From: Catajapyx aquilonaris
Lineage: Eukaryota
Length of the DNA: 64,000 bases
NCBI GenBank assembly: GCA_000934665.2
Contig: KZ538238.1
Coordinates: 1 to 64,000 of the forward strand
Reading direction: 5' to 3'
Part shown: positions 24,285 through 35,101 of the stretch, in pieces
How positions within the stretch are numbered: position 1 is the first letter of the stretch
How the letters are laid out: each line of letters begins with the position of its first letter
The notes under the pieces: model-generated
Seen by the model: the letters and a program-made list of their open reading frames with translations, nothing else
What the model was told of the DNA's origin: nothing
Databases searched by the model: none
Translations under genes and position numbers: made by a program

Positions 24285-24496
24285 GAGTATGTTTACATGG
24301 GACTAAAAATCGGCCGGACCCAGGCTTCCTTAGCAAGGCCATCGCCTTAGGTAGACCACCCGACCCAAAAGGCTTGGGCTGCGCCCGACAACGGATCAGA
24401 TAAGGCCGGTCTATCGTAGGCCCAGCGGCTACATGGGAGTAAACCGGTTTGCCTAGCATAGGCTAGGCCGATTTTTAGTCCCTTGTAAATGTACTC
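24285..24496. mobile_element. ~210-bp MITE with ~31-bp terminal inverted repeats (possibly PIF/Harbinger type)
   Basis: gagtatgtttacatgggactaaaaatcggcc versus ggccgatttttagtcccttgtaaatgtactc. Confidence 0.7.
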
Positions 24497-25037
24497 ATTG
24501 TACAGTCAGCAGGCTACAGTGTTGTGGTAATATTATGTAGGCCTAACCATAAAAACAATGTATAGTGACTGAGTCAACTGGTTAGGCCCGGGGGGGGGGG
24601 GGGGGGGGGGGGANGGGGGGGAAATGACACGTGCGGAAGGTAGGAGCAGGAAAAGTGAAAAAGAAAACCACGAACTAGGAAACTAACTTTTACTTCCACA
24701 CTTTAAAATGCTACTGCCGATTTGAAGCTTAACAAAATTGTAATGTATAAACTCAAATATTGACAGGCTCTTTAAAAACACGGTCATGTTGGATTACAAT
24801 AAAACAATACATGTACAGTACAGTCGCAAGCACAAAAGACATGGAAGGTAATGGAAAGGTAATGTTGCGACTGTTTATGTGTGATGCCGGAGATCGGCTG
24901 GTTATCTTGGGCGCTGCCAGGTTACAGATATGTAGATTTGGCGATGTTCCGGAATACACAACACTTTGCTCGCCAGTCGCAGCCGCGGCCGCGGTCCCAC
25001 CTTCGGGTTCCACGGATCTGTGGCGGCACGGTCCGGG

Positions 25038-25961
25038 TCGCGGTTAGAGAGCTCCCCTACTTATTCGTGCAACTTATTTCTAGTTTATAGAGTCTGTGTA
25101 ATTTATAAACCAGAACCCACTCGTATATCAGCGATTTAATCCACACTGCAATAAAATAATCCTCCATTAGTTCTGACCATGATTGCACTTGTTCGAAAAC
25201 ATTATTCTTGCTGTGCAAACTGCCTGATTCCGTTGTGTTGCCACACAGAACCAAGACATGCCATGCCATGCCATGGTGGGTTATAATTCAAGAGGGCTGG
25301 TCAGCGAAGAAGACTATACTAACCGCGGATAGCAGGGGGAACCCATCAGCCTAACCTGACTGTGGCGTATTAGGTTCACCTGAAGCTAACAGTCGACAGA
25401 AATCTGCCGAATGCACGCCTGGAACCGTCCACTCTTCCTGTTTCCAAGGAAATGCCCTCACGCAACAACAGGAGTAATTATACTCCTATATTGTTGCACG
25501 AGGGCAATGATAATAGAACAGCACTGTTTACTCCTATAGTTGTATGAAGTGCATTTCCATGGGAAAAGGAAGAGCGGCGGAAAGTTCCACCAGTGCGTTT
25601 GGCAGAATGCCGTTGCCTATAACTTGGCAAACAAAATTGTTACGTTTAGGTCACGGTCAGCATGTTAGGCTTGGTCACCCTACACAGTATTTGGGTTTAA
25701 CTTCTAGACGTTTCGTTAAAATTCATCATGTAATTTGCTAATGCGTGGCATAAAATGTGGAGTCCTTTACGTCTATAAAAATCTAGTTGATGATGACTGC
25801 AGTGTTGTTGATGCCAGTCTGCCTGTCAATCCAGACCTATCATTTTATTGCAGTGTGGATTAAATCGCTGATAAACGAGTGGGTTCTGTTTTATAAACTA
25901 CACATCATCTATAAACTAGAAATAAGTTGCACGAATAAGTAGCGGAGCTCTCTAACTGCGA
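25038..25961. mobile_element. ~920-bp non-autonomous DNA transposon with ~120-bp terminal inverted repeats
   Basis: 25038-25157 (tcgcggttagagagctcc...ccacactgcaataaaat) is the imperfect reverse complement of 25842-25961. No transposase ORF inside. Confidence 0.8.
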
Positions 25962-26149
25962 GACACTTGTCGCATGCTTTGCATTCAACCAAACATTAAC
26001 CAAACTTTCAACCACACCACACATTCACATGGCAAAGGACTTCTCAAGACTACTTATTGACAGGTGAATGTGGAGAACATTATAATTACCAAGAAAATCA
26101 TCATGCCAATATTCTGGCTAGTTTGGTTGATCTGGAGGAGGCTAGACAC

Positions 26150-26298
26150 TTCTAGAGAATCCTGAGAGAAGCCAGGAGAAGCCCAGAACCTTCTAGAACA
26201 GCCTAGAGGTGGACTAGAGAGTGTTGTGTGGCGCCACCTAGATCAAGCCAGATCATTCGGGAAGGGAGGAGGGGCGCCCTGTTTGGATCCAATATAAG
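26150..26298 (+). promoter_or_regulatory. sHSP copy 2 promoter: perfect three-unit HSE and a TATA-like box
   Basis: GAAccTTCtaGAA at 26186-26198 and TATAA at 26293. A 5'UTR intron lies at 26440-26517. Confidence 0.8.
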
Positions 26299-26518
26299 GC
26301 TGGGGGGACTGGGATAGCCACAGCACAGATTCAACAGAGCACAAGGCCGCAGAGGAACACTACTCCGCAGACTAAGGCCTAACCGCAGAGGACTTGGACC
26401 ATTGTGGTGTGAAGAAACATCCAACAAGACATCTAGAAAGTAAGTCATGGCTGCTGGAGGAATGCGTGGTGTCTCATTAGTTGTATAGTGCGCTTAACTC
26501 TCATGTCCTTTTTCCAGA

Positions 26519-27127
26519 ATGAGTCGCTTCAGCGTGGTCCCTCTTTTCCAACCGTGGCATGCCCCACAAGGCCACCGCTGGGATGCCTTGGAGACTCCCC
26601 TCCGCCTGTTCGACCAGCACTTTGGGAGGCTCCTGGATGAGGACGACCTCATTTCCATCCCAGCCTCCTTGATGGCCATGGCTGCTGGGTACTGCCCACG
26701 GGCCAAGCACCAGGCTGACAGGCAGAAGAGCGGACTCTCCGAAGTGGAGTGCAAGAAGGATCAGTTCAGGGTCCGGCTGGACGTCCAGCACTTTGCCCCA
26801 GAGGAACTGGAGGTGAAGATGGTGGACAACTTTGTGGTGGTGGAAGGAAAGCACGAGGAGAAGCAGGACCAGCATGGCTTCGTGTCGCGCCAGTTTGTCA
26901 GGAGGTACGCCATCCCCGATGACGCAGAGGTGGAGAAGCTGCAGTCCAACCTGAGCTCGGATGGAGTCCTGACCATTGTGGCACCCAGGAAGATGCCCCA
27001 GCTGGCAGACAAGAGTGGAAGGAGCATTCCCATCACCTTCACTGGGCAGCCTGCAACTGCACAGGTTGACCCAAGGAAGGAAGACGCCAAGGCTGACAGC
27101 CAGGAAGTAGGCCAGCATCAGCAATAG
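26519..27127 (+). CDS. Small heat-shock protein (HSP20/alpha-crystallin, l(2)efl-like), copy 2
   Basis: Same domain structure as copy 1, with HGFVSRQFVRRY. Intact 202-aa ORF. Confidence 0.95.
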   Translation: MSRFSVVPLFQPWHAPQGHRWDALETPLRLFDQHFGRLLDEDDLISIPASLMAMAAGYCPRAKHQADRQKSGLSEVECKKDQFRVRLDVQHFAPEELEVKMVDNFVVVEGKHEEKQDQHGFVSRQFVRRYAIPDDAEVEKLQSNLSSDGVLTIVAPRKMPQLADKSGRSIPITFTGQPATAQVDPRKEDAKADSQEVGQHQQ

Positions 27128-27796
27128 ATCAAGTCAATGTCCAGTTTTTCACTGTATTACCATACTTCTTTTGTTTAAATGTGTCACTTTCTTCAGCATT
27201 ATTATCGTATCATTTTTGTTGCTTTTCATTATCCTGATGTGTAATAACCAGCTCTTTTGTAATTCTTATGGCAATAAAGTATCACGATTAAAATCGATTA
27301 CTCCCTTTTCACTTTTTTTTTTTTCCTCGTCACAATGGCCGAACCTCATCAGCGATGCTCTGTTTATTTTTTTTTGCCAATCTCTGAAATGTAACTCATT
27401 TTTCCCAAGGTTGCTATAATTTAATTACTGGTAAGAGTTCCTACAGTACAGTCACAACTTCCCGCATGGGATCAAGGTAGGCATGAGGCAATGAAGTAAA
27501 CCAAGGTATAGTGCGAATTGATAAATTAATAAACACAAAATTTTTACATTATTGGCATATTCATCACCCAGATATAATAAAGGACCAATTGCACCAGGTT
27601 TTATACATTTTTAATTGCAAGGTAAAAAAAATGCTTATTAGCAAATATTTTCCACCAATATAGAAGTGGCATGTTAAACCCCGCATGATCCCCCAAGCCA
27701 CTTTACTTCATAATTTAGAGCACAAAAGTGGAACTATCAGAACATGATAACCTTCAATCATTCAGGTCATCATTCCTCTCACAGAGCTGGTTCTTC

Positions 27797-29408
27797 CTAA
27801 TAGTACGGTTCTTCAGTAGTTGTTAATTCAATATTTGCATTAAGCTCCAGCACCTTCTTGAAACGACAAGCTGGATCAAACAACATATCTTGTTGGCATC
27901 GGCAGCACCTTGGGACACTGACAGTCTTCAGTTTTGTGCACTGAGATATCACCTCGTAAAAGCCAGCGTAGGTAAAACCGTAACAACCTGAGAAAGTCAC
28001 ATGGGTCAGCTCCAAGCACTTGGAAGCTATGGCCGACATGCAGAAGTCTGTCAGACCCCTGCAGTTGTGAAACTTAAGGCTCTCTAGGCGAGTGGCCACT
28101 TGCGCCAGGGAAAAAAATTCACGTAGGTTATTCTCAACAGTGGCATGGAAGGGACATCTCAGTTCCAGTCTCCTCAGGTTTGGCAGGTTGCCAATCACCT
28201 CGACAAGGGTAGTCTGCTTCACTTCACTTGCCTTATCAATAATGAGCTCTTCCAGCTGGTGGCACTGTCCAAGAGCCAAGAATGGGTCATACCGCACACC
28301 TACGGAGGATACTCGTAGTCTGCGCAGCTGGCCTCCTACTGTGTCAATCACAATCTTCAAGGCTGTTTCGGACACAAAAAAGCCAAAGTGAACATCAGTA
28401 AGTTTTGACCATTCCCTCCCGATGAAATTGCCCATGGACAGCATGTCCCTCGAGAAGTATGTGTCCACCATAATAAGCTTCTCCAGTTTGGGACAGTTGG
28501 AAAATGTATCCAGGATGTGACGAAGGCGCCTGCATTCGCAGCTAGATCTATCAAGTCGAACTTCTCTGAGGGACTGGCAACAACTGTAGATGTAACAATG
28601 GCAAAGAATAAAATTATCCTATAGAAAGTGGACGGGAAATCATGCTGTTACTGCATTTCCTACTTATTTATTCACTAGCAGGATACCCGGCGTTGCTCGG
28701 GTTATGAAATACTTTTCCATAGGAGTGACTCATTGAATTGGTAGTTACCTTTGCAATAATAATTATCGCTACACAATGTTGGCACATGGAGCATATTGCA
28801 TGTGCATGACGTCCGCACAACACACTGCGGATGTCAGATTGTAAGAAACGTACGGTATATATTCATGACATTACAACAACTCACCTCTGAGCCACCAGCC
28901 CCAGGGACTGTCTGTTACGGATCACGACATGGTTCATATCAATCACGGCAAGGCCTGGAAGCTCCTTGGCCACAGTCCTCAAAATCACATCCACGGAGGT
29001 CTTCCAGTGATGAAGTCTGACTCTCTTAAGTTCAGGCATAAGGCAGATCAACCGGCATGCTTTGGCTGCAGTGACAGAAGCAGGTACAAACGTGACTTCC
29101 TGCAAGTGCTTCTCCTGCGTTAGGACCATCCTGTGCCAGTCCTTGCAGACGAGGGCAGCTCCCAATAACAGCGGTTGTGCAGGCAAGAAGGAAAACACAT
29201 GAAGCCATATTTCCTTAGGAAGCTTCACATAGCTCTGCAACGAATAGCAATTAGCAGATGTTTTTGCCAAGAAAAATGAAATTAATCTCCGCCTGCTATC
29301 ATTGTTTACCTCGACCTGCTCTTCTGGTGCACCCTGTGCCCCGTCATGGTCACCTTGGACAGCTCCAGCATCTTCCAGCTTCTGCCTCTTTGCCTTACAC
29401 GACTCCAT
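27797..29408 (-). CDS. F-box/leucine-rich-repeat (FBXL-type) protein. Exons 29408-29310, 29234-28885, 28583-27797.
   Basis: F-box KLPKEIWLHVFSFL...AALVCKDWHRM. Cysteine-containing LRRs (LESLKFHNCRGLTDFCMSAIASKCLELTHVTFSGC). GT-AG junctions are in frame. Confidence 0.88.
28674..28815 (-). mobile_element. Helitron-like non-autonomous element fragment (3' end) in F-box intron 2
   Basis: The minus strand ends in hairpin cccg-agcaacgc-cggg followed by CTAG-T. About 130 bp is homologous to 59014-59145. Confidence 0.65.
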
Positions 29409-29828
29409 CCCTGCTGATGACCACCCTATACAGTTGGCTGGTTTAAAGGAGATTCTGGAATGTGATGCAAAAAAAAAGGTCGCGTGTTTGGACTCAAAAG
29501 AGTTGCCGTGATGTGTTTATGTTTAATAATGTTTTTCACAATTGTTCAATTCAATGGAAAAATTTTAAAATGCCATTTTCAAATAAACCGGCGTTAGTGT
29601 GAAACGACGTAAAATGGACCAGCTTAAAACAGGTACTTACTGTGATTTGTACCATCATGAGGTGCATTCCTGCCATTTACACATCAGATTTTTCTTCTAA
29701 TAACGTCCCCCCAAAATAAAAGGCAGAACTTATGTTACATCACTGGGCAATGTCAACCCACATTTATTTGCATGATTTGTTTTTGTTTTGTTTTTAATAA
29801 GAGCAAAAACATGTCCCTTCAGAGGGGA

Positions 29829-29965
29829 GGCGGAGTGGTGCTGCGGTAACGTACGCGCCCATGGATGATAAGGTCCCGGGTTCGATCCCAACCCGGGGAC
29901 ACCCCCTTCATGCCGAGTTCATGAGTCGTAGTGCAGTAGACCAAGTTAACGTCGCTTTCTTTTTG
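29829..29965 (+). mobile_element. tRNA-derived SINE-like element (Pol III A and B boxes)
   Basis: A-box-like tggtgctgcggta at ~29836 and B-box gggttcgatccc at 29878-29889. I find no proper acceptor stem or cloverleaf. The element ends in a T-rich tail. Confidence 0.6.
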
Positions 29966-30196
29966 TATTACATTTTTTGTCATTATTAAACTGTTATTGT
30001 CATACCCACTTCAGTTTCCATTATTCGGATGTGTAACAAAGTGACATTTCAAAAAAATAGTCTTGATGCTGCTGAACACCTTAGGATTTTAAAAATAAGC
30101 TCACACCAAATTTTTGCAGTTTTTTTTTTTCCCTTTTATATATATTTTTTTCCACAAAAGTAATGCCTTCTAAGCGAGGAAGAAAATAAATACATA

Positions 30197-33100
30197 TCAC
30201 TGCTCAGTTGCAGTTATCAACTCGAACCATTGCCTCAGTGCATCGCTGAGGACGTTAGGAAGGGCATTGATATCTCTCAGGATCAAGTAGAACGGGAATG
30301 GAAAGTCGTCCATGTAAGACTTGATTTCCTGAAGAGCTCCAGTACTTGTAAAGACTGGTGTTCGAATGTCCAAGATAGAATTCTGCAATGCATAAAACGT
30401 GGTAAATGCATTTGCCATTCCAACAATTAAACGAGGCTTGTTAATGCTCACCTTATTTTCCGGATTGTCCAAAATGATGAATATCATAAAGATGTTTGCA
30501 TTCTGGGCGTCCCTCACGGCTTTCTTGACCGGCTCTGTTCCTTCCAGGAATATCCCACGCCCATCCGACACGATGATGAGCAGTTGCGACACATCCGGTC
30601 CTCTCGAGTGACTCTTGGTGCGTTCAAACATGTCCACCATTTGGTTGATCAACAAGCCCACTTTGGTCTTCTGCTGCCCGAAAGTAAAGTGGTGCAAGAA
30701 ACGTGCCCCACTGTCCTCAGAGAAAGTGTCTGTAAATCCTTTCACGACTTGAACATTTTCTCCAAAGCTGACCACTGCCAGCTCACCAGCTTCTAACAAG
30801 GTAAGTGCTCTGCTCATCAGTGCCAGCGACTCAAACGCAAGCTGCTTGGAGTGGTTGTCCGACATGCTTGAGGAATCATCAATGGCGAGTGCCACCTGGT
30901 AGTTTCGCTTCGAGGGTTTGGTTCTCCGCAGCCATATTTTGTCCTTCCTGAACTGGCTGGCCACATACGGAATGACTTTTCTCATGTTGAGCCGCTTTCC
31001 TGTCCGATAATCTCCCTGCAGTTTGGCAGCTTCGGAGGGCTCCAGCACTAATCGGAGTTGTTCGCACAGATCCTGAGCCAGAGGTCCAACCAGTGACTCG
31101 TAGCCTAACCAGGTCGACTGGGCACATACCTGTTCCTGTGGCGTCCAGTCAGGATTCTGGAATCAACAACAGAAATTAGTCGCGATGATTCACATCAGTG
31201 TGCGATATGAACATACCTGAGACCATATATGTAGTTGCCCTTCCAAATTGTGCCTGAGTTCTTCAAGCTGTCCACTACTTGTGAGTTCCAGCAGTTGGAA
31301 CTGCGTATGAATTGTTGACTCGTTTCCTCTCGGCACATTCGAAGTGTCGACCATGTCACCTTCAATGGTGACTTCCCCATCCCCTTTCTCACCACCGTCG
31401 TCTTTTTGCTTCAGTTCGCCTTCCTTGGAACGAACACTATCCAGGTTTTGTTCCGGTTTCATTTCCAGGATCGGTTCATCTGCGAATTCTACAAATGGGC
31501 TTAATTAAAGCAGGTTGTTCAGTCGCACAAAGGTCGCAAACATACCGTCATCGCTATGCATTTCAATGTCTTCTTCAGGTGCCGGTTCCTCCCCTTCCTC
31601 CTGCGCAACTGGCTGCTTCTCAGCCTGGTCCTGTTCAAAAGCGTGATGCAGACAAAATGAACATTTTCAACTTGTATCACATTCTTACCTCCGTAGCCGC
31701 ATCTATCACTTGCGCCTCGCTATGACCCTCCGCTTCCTCAATGTGCTCATACATGTCCGACTCCACTTTTCCATCCTCGCCAGCTCCTTCACTTTGCGAC
31801 TCCCTTGCGTCCACAGTCTTCAGCTTCTTTTTAACCGGAGCATCAGCTTCGCCTACGTATAGCAATGAGCATTAGCGCCTAACTCTTGTACCTCATCATG
31901 TTATGAGCCTATGACCTCACCTAAAGTTCGCTTCACATCCGATTCTCCCATCCTCTGCTTCTCCCTATCTGGAGCCTTCTCCGTGTTTGGCGCCCGCTGT
32001 ACTTTGGCTGAGCGTTCACCCTCGTGACCTTGGGACTTCTCACTCTCGGCCTGCCCGACCCCAGCAGTCTCCTCTCCTTCAGCTCCGTCATTCTGACCCT
32101 CATCTGCATCTGCAGACTGAACTGCTTGAGGCGTATCCATCTTGTCTTTCGAGCCCTTCTCGCTGTCCTGAGCTGGTTGCGACGGCACCTGGCTTGTGTG
32201 CTCATCCGGTATGGCAGCTACGTCCTGGTCCATATCCTCCTCCTTGCCTTCGCCTTCGTCTTTCTCTCCCATCTCTTCCTTCTTTGACTCCTCACCTTCC
32301 TCCTCACTGTCCGCTTCCAGTTCAAGCTGAGGAAATTCTTCCTCTTCCGCCTCCCCATCCTTTTTCTTCTCCTCGCCTTCAGATTGATCAGGACGCTCTT
32401 CTTCAGGTTCAAATGTGACCGCATCCGTTTTCATATCGTCAAATGGGTTATCATCAGCGGTTTCATCATCGCCTCCTTTCTCAGCATCATCCAAGTTCAG
32501 GTCATCAGGTAAATCGAATGGCTCCGGTTCTGGTTCCTTCTCATGATTACCTAGTGGGGGCAAAATCAGATGAGATCATGTAACTAGCATTATGCTATTT
32601 GTTGCGGAGTGTACAGCGACAGTTTCGCAAATTAGTAGCTTCGAATAATCATTACGAACCATAATAAGGATCGGCATGATCCTGATCATATTCTTCCTCT
32701 TCCATCTCATTTATGTCCTTTTGCTTCTTCTGGTTTGCCTTGTCCTTCTTGTCGTCACCTTCTTTCCCTTCCTCTTCGTCAGAGCCTGTCTTTGCCGCCA
32801 TCTCCCAATCAAATTCCTGCCCACCTCCAGCATCCGTGTCCTTCTTGTCGTCAATCTCCGGATCTTCATCATCACTCTCGCCTCCCCAGATCTGCCAAAA
32901 ATACACAGGCTCACATTTGGGAACCGCAAAATATGACAGCGAGAAACTCACCTGTTCATCCAGTTTGTCCGCTCCTTCTCCAGTTTCACCCATCTGCTTG
33001 TCCAGATCTTCGTCCTCGCTTTCACTCTCCTTGTCCTCCTTTTCCTCTCCTTCCTTCTCCTCCCTTTCTTGCATCTTGCCGGAGAAGTCGTCCGACATTT

Positions 33101-35033
33101 CCACTCCTTGCTCCTCCTCTTTCACGTCCTTGTCTGCCTCTTCTTCCTTCCCTCCTGGACGGTACGCACCTTCCAGCTGATCCTCGCTCTCTATTTGATC
33201 GGACACGTCCTTTGCACCTTCCCCTTCGCCTAGGCCACCCCCTTCAATGTCGCAGAACTGGGTTCCTCCTTCCGTCATCTCTTCCAAATACTCGGCAGGC
33301 AAGCAGAAGCCCTAGAAAATTGAGTAACGTTGTACTGTATTTGTTGAAGCCAGAAAAACCAAAGCAATTATCCACGCAAAACTCTTTCATTATGAAGATG
33401 TAAAATTCAACATCAATTAAATGTTGCTCCAGTTACGTCCCTTTGCGTAATTATGAAAGCCACAGCAAAATGAGAAAATGCACAATTTTCAATTTTATCG
33501 ACTTGCGCACAGGAAAATTGAGGTAAATTAAGTTAAACGCAAGGCACTAAAATTTCCAACGACCGTACGACTTTCGTATTGATCTGCAATTTTTTTTTAA
33601 AATTATCTCAAATAATATTAAAGCTGCATTAAATCCATATTATTCAAATTATTATTCTTGCCTTTTGAACCAGCTGCGTGAATATTCCCAGCAGCACGGA
33701 CAGCATTTTGCAGAGAGTCCGCTGCGCAGCAACAATTTGGTACACGTAGAATGTGCACAGCATGCTGTATTGTTGCAGGAGCGGCAGTGCGTGAAGTAGT
33801 GTCCTGCAAAAACAAAACGACAATCACTAATCAACATTTAAAAAAATAACACCGTACATTATTACTGTACTTGGAGTGAAATTACTTGTTTTCCACTCAA
33901 GCAATGGCTTGTAATGATGTAATTATATACTAATTAAAAGCACCAGTAAACAATATGGTCACTTAAAGGGCTGTCCAATAAAGTCGCTCATAAACAAGGT
34001 ACTTATTCCAGGTTAATGAGGTTAATTAAGAATTTACGGGGGACTACCGTAAAGAGAAAGAGGTTTTTGAAGGAGAATCTGCCATCTCCTGGCAAGTGAA
34101 GGAACCAACTGAAGATTCGCGAATTTAAAATGTTCGCCAAAATCAGGCCATTAATTCGGTCACGCCCTGGTAATTGGAAAAGATCCCGAATGAATGAATT
34201 GCAACAATTATTGTTCGGTGCACCAATTCTCATTAGGAAAATCATGTTTCATTGAACCTTTGCTGAATATATCAGAATTGAAGTGGTTTAAAAATCGCAA
34301 AAAAAATATTTGAACGAAACGAATTTATTCCATCGACAAACTTTTTGGGTTAAAAATGACCGAATGTTAAATGGGATTAACTGGATCCATAACAACAACG
34401 ACGTCATCATCAAAAATAATAATGATATTGAGAAAGTTTCTGACAACTGAAAAAAATTCATGAGTTTTTTTTTCTAGGATTTTTTGCAATTTTACGAGAT
34501 GCGCATCACTTAAATATAGAAAATAAGCATTAAAAATTTGGCTCGCAAAATGTCTGCAAATCTGTTGATATCGGAAAATATCGTTAGGAAAATGCCGAGA
34601 TGTAATTTCAGCGCAACTCTCGGATCAATTTTTTTTTTTTTTGCAAAATTATACCTATATGGTATTCGTTTACATAATATTTTAATTACAACTTTTTTGT
34701 GTAATTAGTTTTTAAAATTTAAAATTTAATTTATTTAAGTTACCCTGTTGTATGGACTTTCTCGCTTAATTAAAAACAGACTAGCGATTCCCTATACTTT
34801 CGACACACACTGTACAGTTTATCTAAATATCGGCAGTTAATTTCAGCGCCGCTGGCAATAATAATTCCATAATAAATTGCATTATAAACAGGCAGCAGCG
34901 ACATATTGTAAATTGATGAATCTAATAAACAGACTTCCACTATCGGAGGCAATTAGCTAGCAAAATGTCATGTAACTCGAAACGAACACTACACTTTTCA
35001 TGCATCATTGTAGCCAAAATATTACCGGTACTC

Positions 35034-35101
<68 letters not shown>

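Larger units (their letters stand above)
21791..27400 (+). repeat. Segmental duplication of the sHSP unit: ~21791-23232 and ~25986-27400 (promoter, UTR intron, CDS, 3'UTR)
   Basis: Both copies begin caaccaaacattaaccaaactttc and end gccaatctctgaaatgtaactcatttt. Confidence 0.92.

Noticed and set aside
29829..29900. Functional tRNA gene
   Set aside because: A and B boxes are present, but I could not form acceptor and anticodon stems. It is better explained as a SINE head.
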